In this document: positions 1-12,620 of the stretch, piece after piece
Numbering within the stretch: position 1 is the stretch's first letter
Layout: each line of letters starts with the position of its first letter
DNA from: Mobula hypostoma
Taxonomy: Eukaryota
Assembly: GCF_963921235.1 (NCBI RefSeq)
Contig: NC_086108.1
Span: forward strand, 62,186,001-62,250,000
Direction: 5' to 3'
DNA length: 64,000 nucleotides
Made by a program: the position numbers and the translations under genes
The notes under the pieces: generated by a model
The model's database searches: none
Seen by the model: the letters and a program-made list of their open reading frames with translations, nothing else
What the model was told of the DNA's origin: nothing

Positions 1-2470
1 ATAAAATGATTGTGTGTCCATAAAGTAACGTTAGGCACAGGAGTGTCTGTACATAAGGTGATTCAGAAAGGAAATGACAAAGTAGTGACGACGGGGGTGT
101 GGAGGGGTGGGTTAATGGGTGCTGCTTGGGGAAAGTAACTGCTTTTGAGTCTGGTGGTCCTGTTGTGGGTGCTGCATAACCTCCTCCTTGATGGGAGTGA
201 AACAAAAAAGTCCATGAGTAGGGTGTGTGGGATCCTTTATGATGTTACAAGCCCTTTTCTGGCACCTTTCTGTACATATATCCCTGATGAGACCGTAAGA
301 TATAGGAGCAGAAATAGGCCATTCAGCCCATTGAGTCTGCTCCATTATGGCTGATCCCAGATCCCACTCAACCCCATACACCTGCCTTCTCGCCATATCC
401 TTTGATGTCCTGACCGATCAGGAAACAATCAACTTCTACCTTAAGTACATGCACAGACTTGGACTCTACCACAGTCTGTAGCAGAGCATTCTACAGATTC
501 ACCACTCTCTGGCTAAAAAAATTCCTCCTTACCTCTGTTCTACAGGGTTGTACCTCAATTTTGAGGCTGTGCCCTCTAGTTCTGGATACCCCCACCAACA
601 TCCTCTCCACATTCACTCTATCTAGTCCTTTCAACGTTCGATAGGTTTCAGTGAGAACCCCCCCCCCACCACCGCATTCTTCTAAATTCCAGTGAGCACA
701 GGCCCAAAGCTGCCAAATGCTCCTCATATGTTAACCCCTTCATCCCTGGAATCATCCCTGTGAACTTCCTATGGTCTCTCTCCAATGCCAACACATTCTT
801 TCTGAGATATGGTGCCTAAAACTGCTGACAATGCTCTAAGTGCAGCCTGACTAGTGTCTTATAAAATGTCTGAATAGTGTCTGATGGTAGGTAAGCTAGT
901 GTCAATGATGCACTAGGCAGTTCTGTCTACTTCCTGTCCGAAGCAGTGCAGTTTCCACACCAAGCAGTGATGCAGCATGTTAGGGTGTGCTCTACTACAC
1001 ATCTGTAGAAAGATGTGAGTATTGATGTGCATAATACAGCTACCTTCAGACTCTTCAGAAAGTAGAGGTGTTAGTGAGCTTTCCTAATTATGTACGATGT
1101 GTTCTGGGACTATGAATGGTTGTGCGAGATGTGTACTCCCAGGAGTTTGAAGCCTGCTTTCAGTTTCCACTGCTGAGCCACAGATGTAAAGAGGGGTGTG
1201 AGTGGTGCAAATTCCCCTTAAGTTGATAACCATCACCAATGTTTTGTTTACATTGAGTAAGAGGTTATTTGCCTAACTCCAGGCCTCGAGCTCTTCCACC
1301 TCCTCGCTGTAGGCCACCTCATCATTGGTGATGAGCCCCACCACTGTCATGCCATAGGCGAACTTGACAATGTGATTACTGAAGTGTATGGCATGTAGTC
1401 ATGTATGAGCAGAGTGTACAGCAATGGGCTGAGCATATAGCCCTGGAGGGAATCCATGCGGATGGGCTCAGTGTGAGCAGAGTGTACAGCAATGGGCTCA
1501 GCACACAGCCCTGAGGGAGGGAAGACCAGCTGTGCATCCTGACTATCTGAAGGCCGTTGGTTAGGATGTCCAGCTGCACAGTAGTGTGCTTAGACCGAGG
1601 GGGTCTATGGAACGATAGTGGTGAATACCAGACTGAAATCCAGGAACAGCATTGTCATTAGTGGCCTCGATTTCTAGGTGTGTCAGGGTTAGATGCATGA
1701 CAGATGCTATGGCATCAGTGCCACCGGGCAGTAGTTATATAGTACTAAAGGTGTAGAGCTCTTTGGTACAGGGATGATGGTGAGGACAGAAGCCTGGATG
1801 AATGGTGTTGAAGATGTTTGTGAAGATCTCAGTGAGCTGATGTGCACACTCCGAGTACTCAGCCTGGGATGATGTCTAGCCTAGCCACCTCACAATGGCT
1901 AAGTCTCTCCAGAGTCCTTTTTAAGTCTGCCACTGTCACAGACAATGACTACTTACTTAGGAGAGGGATAACTTTCGTGGCTTGCGTTGTGCTGCATTCC
2001 TTGAAGCATGCATGACAGTTGTTTGGAGTGTCAGGGAAGGAGGCATCACTGCAACAGTCAAAGATGTTTCTCCTTGCATAGTCAGTAATGCCCTTGATAC
2101 CCGGCCATATACACCAGGTATTGTATCAGACAGGTGTTCCTGAATTTCTTGTGCATAAACGTTCTTTGCCCTCTTGATGCCGAAGAGGAAGTTTCTCCTG
2201 GCTGCTCTGAGAGCTGTTCTGTCTCCAGACTTGAAGGCAGAGGCTTTTAACAGAGAGTGCAGCTCTGCATTCAGCCAGGGCTTCTGGCTGGGCTGTGAGA
2301 TGACCGTTCTTGAGGTACCAATATCATCTATACACTTACAGATGTAGCCAGTGACGAATGAGGCATATTCCTTGATGTCTGTGTCTTCTCCTTTTGCGGC
2401 AGCCTCCTTGATCATTTGCCAATTAGTCTGTGCAAAACAGTTCTGAGCACAGCGACTGCCTCATAAGGTC
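1..2470 (-). mobile_element. Degenerate Rex1/Babar-type non-LTR retrotransposon, interrupted by a CR1 3' end at ~290-865
   Basis: RT motif PQGCVLSPLLYTL (1376-1579), KPWLNAEL segment (1957-2415), and IIKDPTHPTHGLF C-terminal motif (112-290). Confidence 0.8.
290..865 (-). mobile_element. CR1 LINE 3' fragment
   Basis: ETYRTLKGLDRVNVERM...TRGHSLK...RRNFFSQRVVNL (ORF 491-727) plus the shark/ray CR1 3'UTR. Confidence 0.85.
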
Positions 2471-2489
2471 ATTCTATAATGAATAATGA

Positions 2490-2655
2490 ATAATCCATTT
2501 TGGATTGTGGGAAAAACCAGAGCACTTGATGCAAATCCAGTCACAAAGATAACTAAGAAACGCACAGACTGCACAGAGGTTTAGAATAGAACCCAAGTCC
2601 CTGGAGCTGTGAGGCAGCATCATTATTTGCTGGAATACTACATTGCCCTGCTATG
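2490..2655 (-). mobile_element. HE1/V-SINE-like tRNA-derived SINE fragment
   Basis: GGATTGTGGGAAAAACCAGAGCAC...GAACCCAAGTCCCTGGAGCTGTGAGGCAGCA is the reverse complement of a V-SINE head/core. Confidence 0.6.
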
Positions 2656-3069
2656 TCACCATGTCCTCAAGCTCAGTGGCAGCAGCAATCAAAGCTACTT
2701 TTAATTCAGGTAAATAGCATTTGCCATTGCTTTCAATTAACCTTCTACACCTTTCAGCCAACGTGGTAGTCATAATTATTACCACAAAAAACAAGGCAAA
2801 ATGAACATACTTTTGTGTAATGATAAACAAGATGTTGCTTAAGAATTACATTAATATTGCTCTCCAGAAAATTCCAGACTATATATACACACACAAATTA
2901 CTACTTTAAACTTCTTCCACATCAGTACACTGATCTAAACTAACACAATATCTGATAATACAATTTTGAGAAGCATTGAAAATACTCAGTGCTTTCACTT
3001 TTGATTTATTTTAAATTTTCAAAGAAAGTTTCTCCTTCATCAAAAATGGTTAACTGGAAAATTTACTTA

Positions 3070-4531
3070 CAGTTTCAAGAAAAGGTTTGTGAGCCCTTTG
3101 CAATCACCTGTTTTTCTGCAGTAATTATTCATAAAATGTAGTATGATCTTCATATAAGTCATAATAATATACAAATGCAATTTGCCTAAACGAACAACAC
3201 ACATGCCATTATACTTTTTATGTCTTTGTTGAACACGTTATTTAATCATTCACAGTCCAAGCTGGAAAAAATGTGAACCTTGTATTTTATAACTAGTAGA
3301 AACTCCTTTAGCAACAATAACTTCCACCAAATGTTTCCTGTAGCTGTTGATCAGACTTGCACAAAGGTGAGGAAGAATTTTAGACCATTCCTCCATACAA
3401 AACTGTTTCAGTTTATCAATATTTCTGGGATACCTTGCATGAACAGGCCACTTCAGGTTGTGCCACAGCATCTCAATTGGGTTAAGGTCTGGATTCTGAC
3501 TTAGCCATTCCAAAATACAAATTGTCTTCTTTTTAAAACATTCTGTTGTTGATTTACTCTTATGTTTCGAATCACTGTCTTGTTGCATCACCCAACTTCT
3601 ATTAAGCTTCAGGTGATTGTTGGCTACCCTGACATTCTCTGATACAATTTTGAATTCATTTTTCCCTCAACTACTGCAAGCTGTCCAGGCCCTGGGGCAG
3701 CAAAGCAACCTTAAAGCATGATGCTCCTTCCACCATGTTTCACAGTTGGGATGAGGTTTTAGTGTATGTGTGCAGTGCCCTTTTTCCTCCATACATAGCG
3801 GTGTGTATTTTTGCCAATAAGTTCAACTTCTGTCTCATCTGTCCACAGAACACTGTCTCAGAAGCATTGTGGACATCCAGATAGTCTTTTGCAAACTTGA
3901 GATTTTTTTTTTTGGAGAGCAGCGGTTTCCTCCGTGGCGTCCTTCCATGAACACCATTCTTGTTCAGTGTTTTCCTTATAGTGGACACATGAACAGAGAC
4001 TTTAGCAAGTTCTAGAGATTCCTGCAGGTCTTCTGCTGTTACCTTTGGGTTCTTTTTCACCTCCTTCATCATTGCACATTGTGCTCCTGATGTGATCTTT
4101 TCAGGATGCCCACTCCTATGGACAGTAGCAACAGTACTGAATTTCCTCCATTTGTTGACAATTTCTCTTACTGTGGACTGATGAACACTCAGCTCTTTAG
4201 AAGTGCTTCTGTAACCTTTTCCAGCTTCATGTATCTCTACAATTCTTCTTCTAAGGTCTGCTGAAAGTTGTTTTGATTGAGGCACGGTGTACATAAACAG
4301 ATCTTTCTTGAGATGAGCAGGCTCTGTCTGTAACCCGACTTTGTGTGTCTTTTTTCTAGACTATGGTTGTTTAAATGATGTACTCAGTATTGATGAGAGG
4401 AAATACAATTGTTTGTGTATTATTGTTTGTCTATTATTATGACATAAGTGAAGATCAGACCACATTTTATGAGCAATTAATGCAGAAAACCAGGTAATTG
4501 CAAAGGGTTCACAAACTTTTTCTTACAACTG
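3070..4531 (-). mobile_element. Tc1/mariner DNA transposon with a disrupted transposase
   Basis: TA|CAGTTTCAAGAAAAGGTTTGTGAGCCCTTTGCAAT ... ATTGCAAAGGGTTCACAAACTTTTTCTTACAACTG|TA gives TIRs with a TA TSD. ORFs 3740-4294 (HTH) and 3250-3591 (QQDSD..KH, WLSQNPDLNPIEMLW). Confidence 0.95.
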
Positions 4532-5066
4532 TATGACTGAACAAATATTGAAGAAAAACTTGAATCTATAATCTATTTTCCTTGCCTACTTTCTATTCTC
4601 ATTAATTCCTCTATTTCTGCCTTTGACATAAAGATGCACTATTTTCCTCTTACCCATTCAGAAATTATGGAATCCAATGTTCTTACTTTGTTTCAAAGTT
4701 CAAGATCACAGTGTGTGATTAGATGAAAACCTCTCTGATCCTATCACTAAAAAAAAATCATTCTTGTCTGCATCTCTTCACCTACAAACTATAAGTTTGA
4801 TTCTGCTGTAGAAAACTGCAATTTGAGAACCATTTTGGGTCGTGGACTATGAACCTGTCAGAGTTAGACATCCACAGAACAACTTAGCATTTGATGAAGT
4901 TAGAAGCTTCTATTCCATTAGCCTTGGTGGATTTAACTCTCGGGACACAATGCTTTTAATAGGAGGGTCTGTCTGCTGTCCTGCATGCTAACTAACCAAA
5001 CACAGACCAGAGGCAAACCCGAATAAGAGTGACCAATCTTGGAATGGATCATTCAATGAGTCTTAC

Positions 5067-5142
5067 CAGCCCTTGTTCAAAAAGGTCTTTTTCCCTTGGT
5101 GTCCATCGGGCTGGCCAAGAAGTGCTTGCTGTTGCAAGACTC
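5067..5142 (-). CDS. MYSM1: MYSM1 coding exon 6 (start of the SANT/Myb domain); the gene continues past the left edge
   Basis: ccttag|G...CTG|gtaaga, 76 nt, reads (R)SLATASTSWPARWTPREKDLFEQGL (human KWTIEEKELFEQGL). Confidence 0.93.
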
Positions 5143-7424
5143 CTAAGGCAGAAACAGAAATAAAGTATGGACCAAATTCACATTATGTATTCTTAAGAAA
5201 TTTTTAAGACTTATATTAAGTATCGTACATAGAAAAAAATGTTGTCTTTTTTAAAAATCTCACATTTTTACAGCATTCTAAAACACATAAAAACTCTAAA
5301 CAGCTCATTTCCTAAGAATCTTTCAAACAATACAGAAACAACTTGAGCTTTGCTTTATACATAAAATGGAGCAAATATATTTGAAACAACTTATTTCACA
5401 GATTCGAATTTTTCCTCAATTCTAATCAGTATTACGTTGGGAAATGTAAATTAGTATGTGCAAGTTGCATCTGATGAACTAGATCAAGTACCTGTACAGC
5501 CAAGACTATAGCCTGTTATTGTTGCACGATTCCACCCATATCCACCTGAACACGACCTCTGTATCATTCAGATCTTCCTGTCCCTTCATCACCAACTTTG
5601 AAGTCTTCCAAGGAACTATCCTTGGTCAGCTCCTTCTTCTAATGGAAAATCTGGCTCTTAGAAGCAAATCTACAACATGCATGCTAATTATACTTTCTCC
5701 AACTATTGTGAACTTGTGACTCCTCCATCCTGCCTGTCTGTCCAAAGCCTAGCTTTGAAAGAGTTGCAAATATCTCATTCTCCATCTGATCATTTACTTA
5801 GCACAAATTCCACTCCTTTGCAGTGATTTTAACTCCCATCCTACTTCCTGACACTTCAGAATTGTTCCACCATCTTCCAGATGCAGGGAAAAAGTACAGT
5901 GAAATGTTCACCACTCGCTGGGATAAGGGTAGTTCCAATAATACTCAAGTATCTCAGCACCATCCAGGACAAAGCAGCTAGCTTTTAGTACTCCATCCAC
6001 CAACTTAAGTTTTCACTCCTATCATCACCAGTGCATTTTTGGTACCTTAAGTACTGTTTGTAAAATGTACTGCAGTTACTGACCTCTGACAGCACTCTTA
6101 AACACAACCCTAAAACCACAAAGATGGACAAGCTTGTGAGGACATTCTCATGTGAAAACTTCCTCAAAATCATGCATCCTCTGACCTGGAAATGTATCCT
6201 TATTCCTTCACTGGGCCAAACCCCCTGTAAATTCTCACCCAACAGCACACTGAAGGATGATATATTTCTAAATCAGATGGTGTATGATTTGGAGGTACCT
6301 TCACCTGAAGGATGGGAACAAGTGTTAGCCTTATCAAACTGCTCTCTGAAGGTCTGGGCAGCCTCAAAATCCTGCTTGAACTTCAACTCACCTTTGAACA
6401 TTGCACACGATCATCATTTCAGTTGGCTTCATTTGCAACTCTATTTCAATTGTTGCTATTGAAGACTTTGCCTACTCCTTTATTATTTTCACATATTACA
6501 CTTTCAGTGCTCTTGGTCTTCTTTCTGCATTACCTCCAATTTCTTCAAATCCTTTTTATGGGAACTGGTCACCCAAATCTCCATTTGTACATACCTCTAC
6601 AGTTCCCCTTTGTTATAGCTTTAAATTTGCTCCAAATTCTTAGTTTTCACAGGACTAAATTCCTTCCTAAATACCATGTCCTCTGATTTTTACATCTTTA
6701 TCTCTTTCCTAGTGGCACAGCATTTAATCATCCAAATTTCTTCTCAATGGAATGCTTTTTCAAAAAATACCTTTCTTTCTCTCTAACTTTGAAGGTGACC
6801 AAACGTTTGTTTTTAGACAGATTTCTCTTCCTTTCTTTTCTCAGCATCCATTGCATATTAAGAGGACCTAGGACAGTATTGTAAAGCACTTTGAAAATGA
6901 AGAGGCTATCATATACCAATATTGCCACTGAGAGGTCTTACTTATTAACTTTTCATACTTAAATAATGGTTAAACAATTAGCATGCAACTGACCTTGAAG
7001 CTATTTTCAGGACACAAATTCAATACTACCTCATACAATTTTACTTCACCAGTAATTTTACATCACTACAATAAGACAGGAAACAAAATGAGAACATGCT
7101 GTAAATCCTCAGCAAGTCAAGCATCATTTGTGAAGATCACTGTCAAGTAACGAAGTGATAAGTTGCTGGGTCCCCTGTTATTTGACATTTATATTAACAA
7201 TTTGGATGAGGATGTAAGTGTCATGATTGGTAAGTTTGCAGAGGACACCAAAATCTGTGATGATGCATATGGGAAAGAAGGTATTCTAAAACTACAAATG
7301 TATCTAGATCAGTTGGGAAAGTGCACAAACGAACAGCAGAAAGAATAACAATCAAGAGAGTAGTATTGCTTTTGGGAAGCTGAACCGGGCAGAAGATGTA
7401 CAATAGGACTCTGGACAGTGTCAT

Positions 7425-8045
7425 ACAGTGTCAGAGTGGCCACTGACTTCTGCAGCTCATTGAGTCATAGTACTCCCTCTTGCAAGGCCTATTCTCCTCC
7501 GGTGACTAAGTTTAGAGGGGCAGTCTGGCTGTGGTTTCATATTTTTTCACTGCACTGAGCTCCGAGATTTATTCAGTGCCTTTGAGATGGTCTTGCACTC
7601 TTCCCCAGACTTGTGCTTCTCCATAATCATTTCTCTGACTTGTCTCAAATGCTTTTTTGTCTTCATGTTGGTTTGGTCTGTTGAAAGTCTACTTACTGTT
7701 GGACCTTACAAAGAGAGGGGGTATTTATTCTTAAGAATTCATTGAAAACAGGTGATCCTCCAGTATCCTGCATCAACAAATTGGGTGAGTTGGTAAGGTA
7801 ATATTGCACCCGAGGAAAGTTAGTGGCATAATTACAAAAGGGATTAATATTTTTTCAGCTCATAATTTTGTTTTTTAATTTTTAGTAAATTTTGGAAGGG
7901 TCTGGAATTTTTTTTTGATTTGGCATGATACAAAATGTTTTGTAGATAAACTCAAAAAACTCTACTTTAATATATTTTAAGTTTAGAAAATGAGTCAGGA
8001 AAAAGTGAAAATAGTTGTAGGGGCTGAGTACTTTTCAAGGTACCG
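7425..8045 (-). mobile_element. Internally deleted Tc1-family element inserted into a CR1 fragment
   Basis: Starts TA|CAGTG and ends GAGTACTTTTCAAGGTACCG|TA (Tc1-type TIR end). Transposase 5'-region remnants on the minus strand. Confidence 0.6.
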
Positions 8046-8293
8046 TAACAGCTGGGATGTTATGACTAGAGAGTTAAGGAAGAGACTAAAGAGTAGTCTC
8101 TGAATCACACCCAGTACCATATGCTAGTCAGCGCAGGAATAGGATGATAGTACAGATGAATGAATGGCTGAGGAAATGGTGCAGGGGGCGGGATTTCACA
8201 TTTCTGAATTATTGGTATCACTTCTGGGGATGTTATGACTTGTATAAACAGAATGAGTTACACTTGAACGCGAGCAGGACCAATATCCTCGTA

Positions 8294-8416
8294 ACATACA
8301 TCAAAGTTGCTGGTGAACGCAGCAGGCCAAGCAGCATCTATAGGAAGAGGCGCAGTCGACGTTTCAGGCCGAGACCCTTCGTCAGGACTAACTGAAGGAA
8401 GAGTGAGTAAGGGATA
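8294..8416 (-). mobile_element. Penelope-like pLTR-only insertion carrying a hammerhead ribozyme, 13-bp TSD
   Basis: Flanked by CAATATCCT(C/T)GTA at 8281-8293 and 8417-8429. Same sequence family as the ends of the Penelope copies at 21093 and 26263. Confidence 0.85.
8354..8389 (-). ncRNA. Minimal type-I hammerhead ribozyme motif (Penelope-associated)
   Basis: Minus strand reads AGTC-CTGACGA-AGGGTCTCGGCCT-GAAA-C-GTC-GACT: stem I (AGTC/GACT), CUGANGA box, stem II hairpin, GAAA box, palindromic ACGT stem III, and GUC cleavage triplet. Confidence 0.8.
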
Positions 8417-9167
8417 CAATATCCTTGTAGGCAGGTTTGCAAGGGCTGTTACGGGGTTTAAACTAGGTTGGCAGGGAAATGGGAACCAGTGATAGGGCTG
8501 AGATGAGGCAGTGGTTTACAAGTCGATGCAGTGAGTAATAAGACGCTGAGGAAGGACAGGCAGATGAAAGGGCAAAATTGCAGTAGGGTGAATTGGAGTA
8601 TAACATAGAAGCAAAATTGAAAAGGGTGATGAACACAGAACTGACAAGTGTTATATTTGAATGCATATAGTATGCAGAATAAGGTAGATGATCTTGTAGT
8701 GCAGTTAGAGATTGGCAGGTATGACATTTTAGGCATCACAGAGTCGTAGCTGAAAGAAGATCATAGTTGGGAGCTTAACATCCAAGGATACACCTTGTAT
8801 TAAAGGCAGAGGGGGGTGGGGTGCCTCTGTTGGTATAAAAAGAAATGTTTTTTTACAGAGCAGCTTGTTGTTGAGCCCACTGGGGAAAGACAATTCTGGA
8901 CTAAATGTTGTCTAATGAACCAGATTTGTTTATGGAGCTTAAGGTAAATGAATCCTTAGTATTCATAATATAACAGAATTCACCCTGCAGTTTGGAGAGG
9001 CAGAAGATCAGACAGATGTATCTGCATTGCAATGGAGTAAAGGAAATTACAGGGACGTGACAGAACAGCTGGCCAAAGAGGATTGAAAGGAGACACCAGC
9101 AGAGATGATGGTAGAATAGCAATGGCTGGAATTTCTGGGGGCTATTTGGAAGGTGCAGGATAGATAC

Positions 9168-9597
9168 AAGTTCAAAGTTCAGAGTAAAATTTATTATCAG
9201 AGTACATACATGTCACCACATATAACCCTGAGATTCTTCTTCTGCGGGCATACTTAGCAAATTGATAGAACAGTAACTGTAAACAGGATCAATGGACAAG
9301 CTGTGCAAATGCAGACCTAAATAAATAGCAATAAATAACAAGCATGAAATAACAAGATAAAAGACTACTTAAGGTGAGACTATCGGTTGTGGGAACACCA
9401 GATGAATGAGTGTAGTTATCCCCTTTTATACAAGAACCTGATGGTTGAGGAGTAGTAACTATTCTTGAACCTAGTGGTGAAAGTCCTGAGGCACTTGTAC
9501 CTTCTTTCTGATGGCAGCAGGAAGAAAAGAGCATGTCCTGGGTGGTAAAGATCTTTGATGATGAATGCAATGTTGCATGCAGATGTGCTCAATGGTT
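9168..9597 (-). mobile_element. Rex1/Babar-like LINE 3' end nested in CR1
   Basis: TTGAAC-type tail, a remnant of the DxxHPGHALFxLLPSxRRY motif, and an AGATACA-like duplication on both flanks. Confidence 0.65.
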
Positions 9598-10829
9598 AGA
9601 TACATCCCAAAGATCAAATATTCTTCTAAAGGGAGGATGAGACAACCATGGCAGACAAGAGAAGTAAAAGACAGCATAAAAGCAAAAGAGAGGACATATA
9701 ATATAGCAAATATTAGTGGGAGGTTAGAATATAGGGTCTCTTTTAAAAACCAACAGAAGGAAACGAATAAAATCCATGAGGAGAGAAAAGATGAAATATG
9801 AAGGTAAGCTAGCCAATTAATATCAAAGAGGATACCAAAAGTTTTCTTTCAGATATATAAGGAATAAAAGAGAGTCGAGCGTGTATAGTAGACTACTGGA
9901 AAATGAAGCTGGAGGGGTAGTAATGGGGGACAAAGAAATAGCGGATGAACGGAGTAAGAATTTTGCATGTCTTCACTGTGGAAGACACTAGCAATATGCA
10001 AGAAATTCAAGTGTCAGAAGGCAAAAGTGAAAGCAGTTGCTTTTATTAGGAAGAAGGTGCATAGGAAGCTGAGATATCTGAAGGTAGACAGGTAACCTGA
10101 ACCAGAAGGACTACATGCCAGGGTTATGAAAGAGGAAGATGAAGAGATTGTGGAGACTTAAGTAATGATCTTTCAAGAATCACTAGATTCTAGAATGGTT
10201 CCAGAGGGTTAAAAAACTACAAATATCACTCTACTCTTCAAGCAGGGAGGGAGGCAGAAGAAGGTAAATAATAGACCATTCGCTTGACTTCAGTAATTGG
10301 GAAGATGTTAGGAGTCCATTATTAAGGATGAGATTTCGGGGTTCTTGGACGCTCATGATAATGTAGGCCAGTCAGCATGGTTTCCTTTAAGGGGAATTCT
10401 CGCTTGACAAATCTGTTGGAATTCTTTGAGGAAATAACAGGCAGGGCAGACAAAGGAGAGTCAGTAGATGTTGTTTCCTTGGATTTCCTGAAGGCCTGTG
10501 ACAAAGTGTCGTACGTGAGGCCACTTAACAACAGCCCATGCTATTACAGGAAATATACTAGCATGGATAGAAAATTGGCTGACTGGCAGGTGGCAAAGGG
10601 TTGGAATAAAAGGATGGTTGGTTGCCGGTCACTGGTAGTGTTCCACAGGGGTCCATATTGGGACCGCTTCTTTTCACATTATAAGTCTTGGTTTGAATGA
10701 TGGAATTGATGGCTTTGTGGCCACGTTTGCAGACAATACAAAGATAGGTAGAGGGGTATGTAGTGTCAACTAAGTAAGGTGTCTGCAGAAGGACTTGGAC
10801 AGATTGGGAGAATGGATAAAGAAGTGGCA

Positions 10830-11440
10830 GACTATTTTCTAAGGAAGCTAAGATCCTTCAATGTGTGCAGCAGGATGCTGGCGATCTTTTACCAGTCTGT
10901 TGTAGTGAGTGCAGTCTTATTTGCAGCTTTATGTTGCGGGAGCAACATCGGCGCTCGTAGTGCAAAAAGACTAAATAAACTTATCAAAAAGGCAGGGTCC
11001 GTCCTTGGCTACAACCTGGACTCGTTTGAGTTAGAGGTGGAGAGAAGATCACTTAATAAACTGTTATCTGTTTTGGACAATCTGTCACATCCTTTCCATG
11101 GCCTATAGCAGCTTTTTGAGCAGACTCATTCAGCTCTGCTGTCATAAGGATCATTAAAGAAAATCTTTCCTATCAAATGCAATAAGCATATACAACAGTT
11201 CATCTCTCTGCGACAGGAGAACACATCATAGTACAATAATCTATGTTTTATTATTTTGTACATTATTATTGAACATTATTGCAAATTATTGTGCATTGGT
11301 AAATAATTATTGTGTATATTATTATTCTGTACTTATTTATTTGTTAAGTCTGTACATTGCTGAGTGTGTTTTTAAATGCTGCTGCTGGAATGAAAGTATT
11401 TCCCACTCGGCATCAGTAGAGTATTTTATTATTATTATTA
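10830..11440 (+). mobile_element. Rex1/Babar-like LINE 3' end nested in CR1
   Basis: YFLRKLRSFNVCSRMLAIFYQSVVVSAV...RLNKLIKKAGSVLG...DNLSHPFH, ending in an (ATT)n tail. The CR1 host resumes at ~11441. Confidence 0.75.
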
Positions 11441-11944
11441 TAAAATATAGTGTAGGGAAGTGCATGGTTATGCACTTTAGTTGGAATAAAGGCGTAGACT
11501 ATTTTCTAAACAGGGAGAAATTTCAAAAATCAGAGTCCTTGTGCAGGATTTCCCTAAATGCTAATTCGCAGATTGAATCTGTGGTAAGGAAGACAAATGC
11601 CATGTTTGCATTCATTTCAAGAGAACTAGAATATAAAAGCAAGGATGTGATGTTGAGGCTTTATAAGGCATTGGTCAGACCATACTTGGAGTTGTTGTCA
11701 ATGATTTCCTGCTACACCACAACACTTCCATCATCTCTCTTTGGGCCAATTTATTTAATATATGTGGATTCAAAATTCTTTAGTTCAGTATTTCAAAATT
11801 CCATAGTTTAGAATAATTGAAAATAAAACTTATGATGTTTCAATTTCTGTTTGAATTCTATGACTGCATTTGTTTCTTAATTGAGCACGTTATTAAGTGT
11901 TTTAGTTTCCTTCATGGTTTGTATTCCATGAGAAAAGTACACAT

Positions 11945-12205
11945 GACCCCAGGACATTGAAAAATGCTGTATAGCCAATGAAATAGATCTGAAAGGTTGT
12001 CACTGATCAAAGGGGGAAAAATCAGGCTCCAATCTGAACATAGCAAGCTCCACAACCAGCACATAATACTGAACAGATGATCAGACCTAGTGATGTTAAT
12101 TGGATATTTAACGTTGACAGGATATTGGATTTTTAAAATCTGCTGTTCTTTGAAATTATACCACAGGATCCTTTACATTCACTTGGTTTATTAGCACATC
12201 CAAAT
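11945..12205 (-). mobile_element. Ancient Deu-domain SINE (SacSINE1/AmnSINE1-like)
   Basis: The reverse complement reads GTGAATGTAAAGGATCC..TTTCAAAGAACAGCAG..AACATCACTAG..GTTGTGGAGCTTGCTATG..CAGTGACAACC..TTCATTGGCTATACAGC, recognisable as the Deu core and tail. Confidence 0.65.
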
Positions 12206-12620
12206 GATTTTTTCAATGATTATTTTGATAACATTTGAGGTTGCCAAAGATCCCCTCAGCTGATGCCTGATAGTAACTGATGCTGAGGAAGGTAATCCTC
12301 ATGCCATTGCATACTCTATAGTTGTGGTCAGCTTCCCTCCATATGTCATTTTTTTGAGGTCTATCGCTCAGTTTGCAGCACATTCACTTCATGAATAGCA
12401 GGTCTTTAGCAAAAAATTCTTCTCTGATATGCAATTACAGTAAGGAAGAAACACATTCTCAACTATCAGAGGACACTGAGTGTACTCCTGTACTATTACA
12501 AAGAGGCCCAAGGCAAGCTTAAAGAAAAGCAACCTCTCTTCCATCTGGGCACATTCAAACCTGCAGAACTAAATACTGAATTTTTAACTCTCTATAATTC
12601 ATTTTTTCTTCCTGTTTGTA

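Larger units (their letters stand above)
8047..11695 (+). mobile_element. Long degenerate CR1 LINE (ORF1 esterase remnant, APE endonuclease, RT) with nested insertions
   Basis: MNEWLRKWCR..GF.FL..W..FWG..DLYK..LHLN (ORF1 SGNH-like), YLNA..QNKVDDL..GITES (APE), LTNLLEFFEE..VDVVSLDF.KA.DKV (RT), LRLYKALVRPYLE. Confidence 0.85.

Noticed and set aside
1400-1520. ~45-bp direct repeat as a possible array
   Set aside because: It is a local duplication within the Rex1 RT motif (two copies only), not a CRISPR-like or regulatory array.
3250-4294. Tc1 transposase as an active or domesticated gene
   Set aside because: It is split by frameshifts and a deletion, and catalytic motifs are altered (QQDSD, WLSQNPDL).
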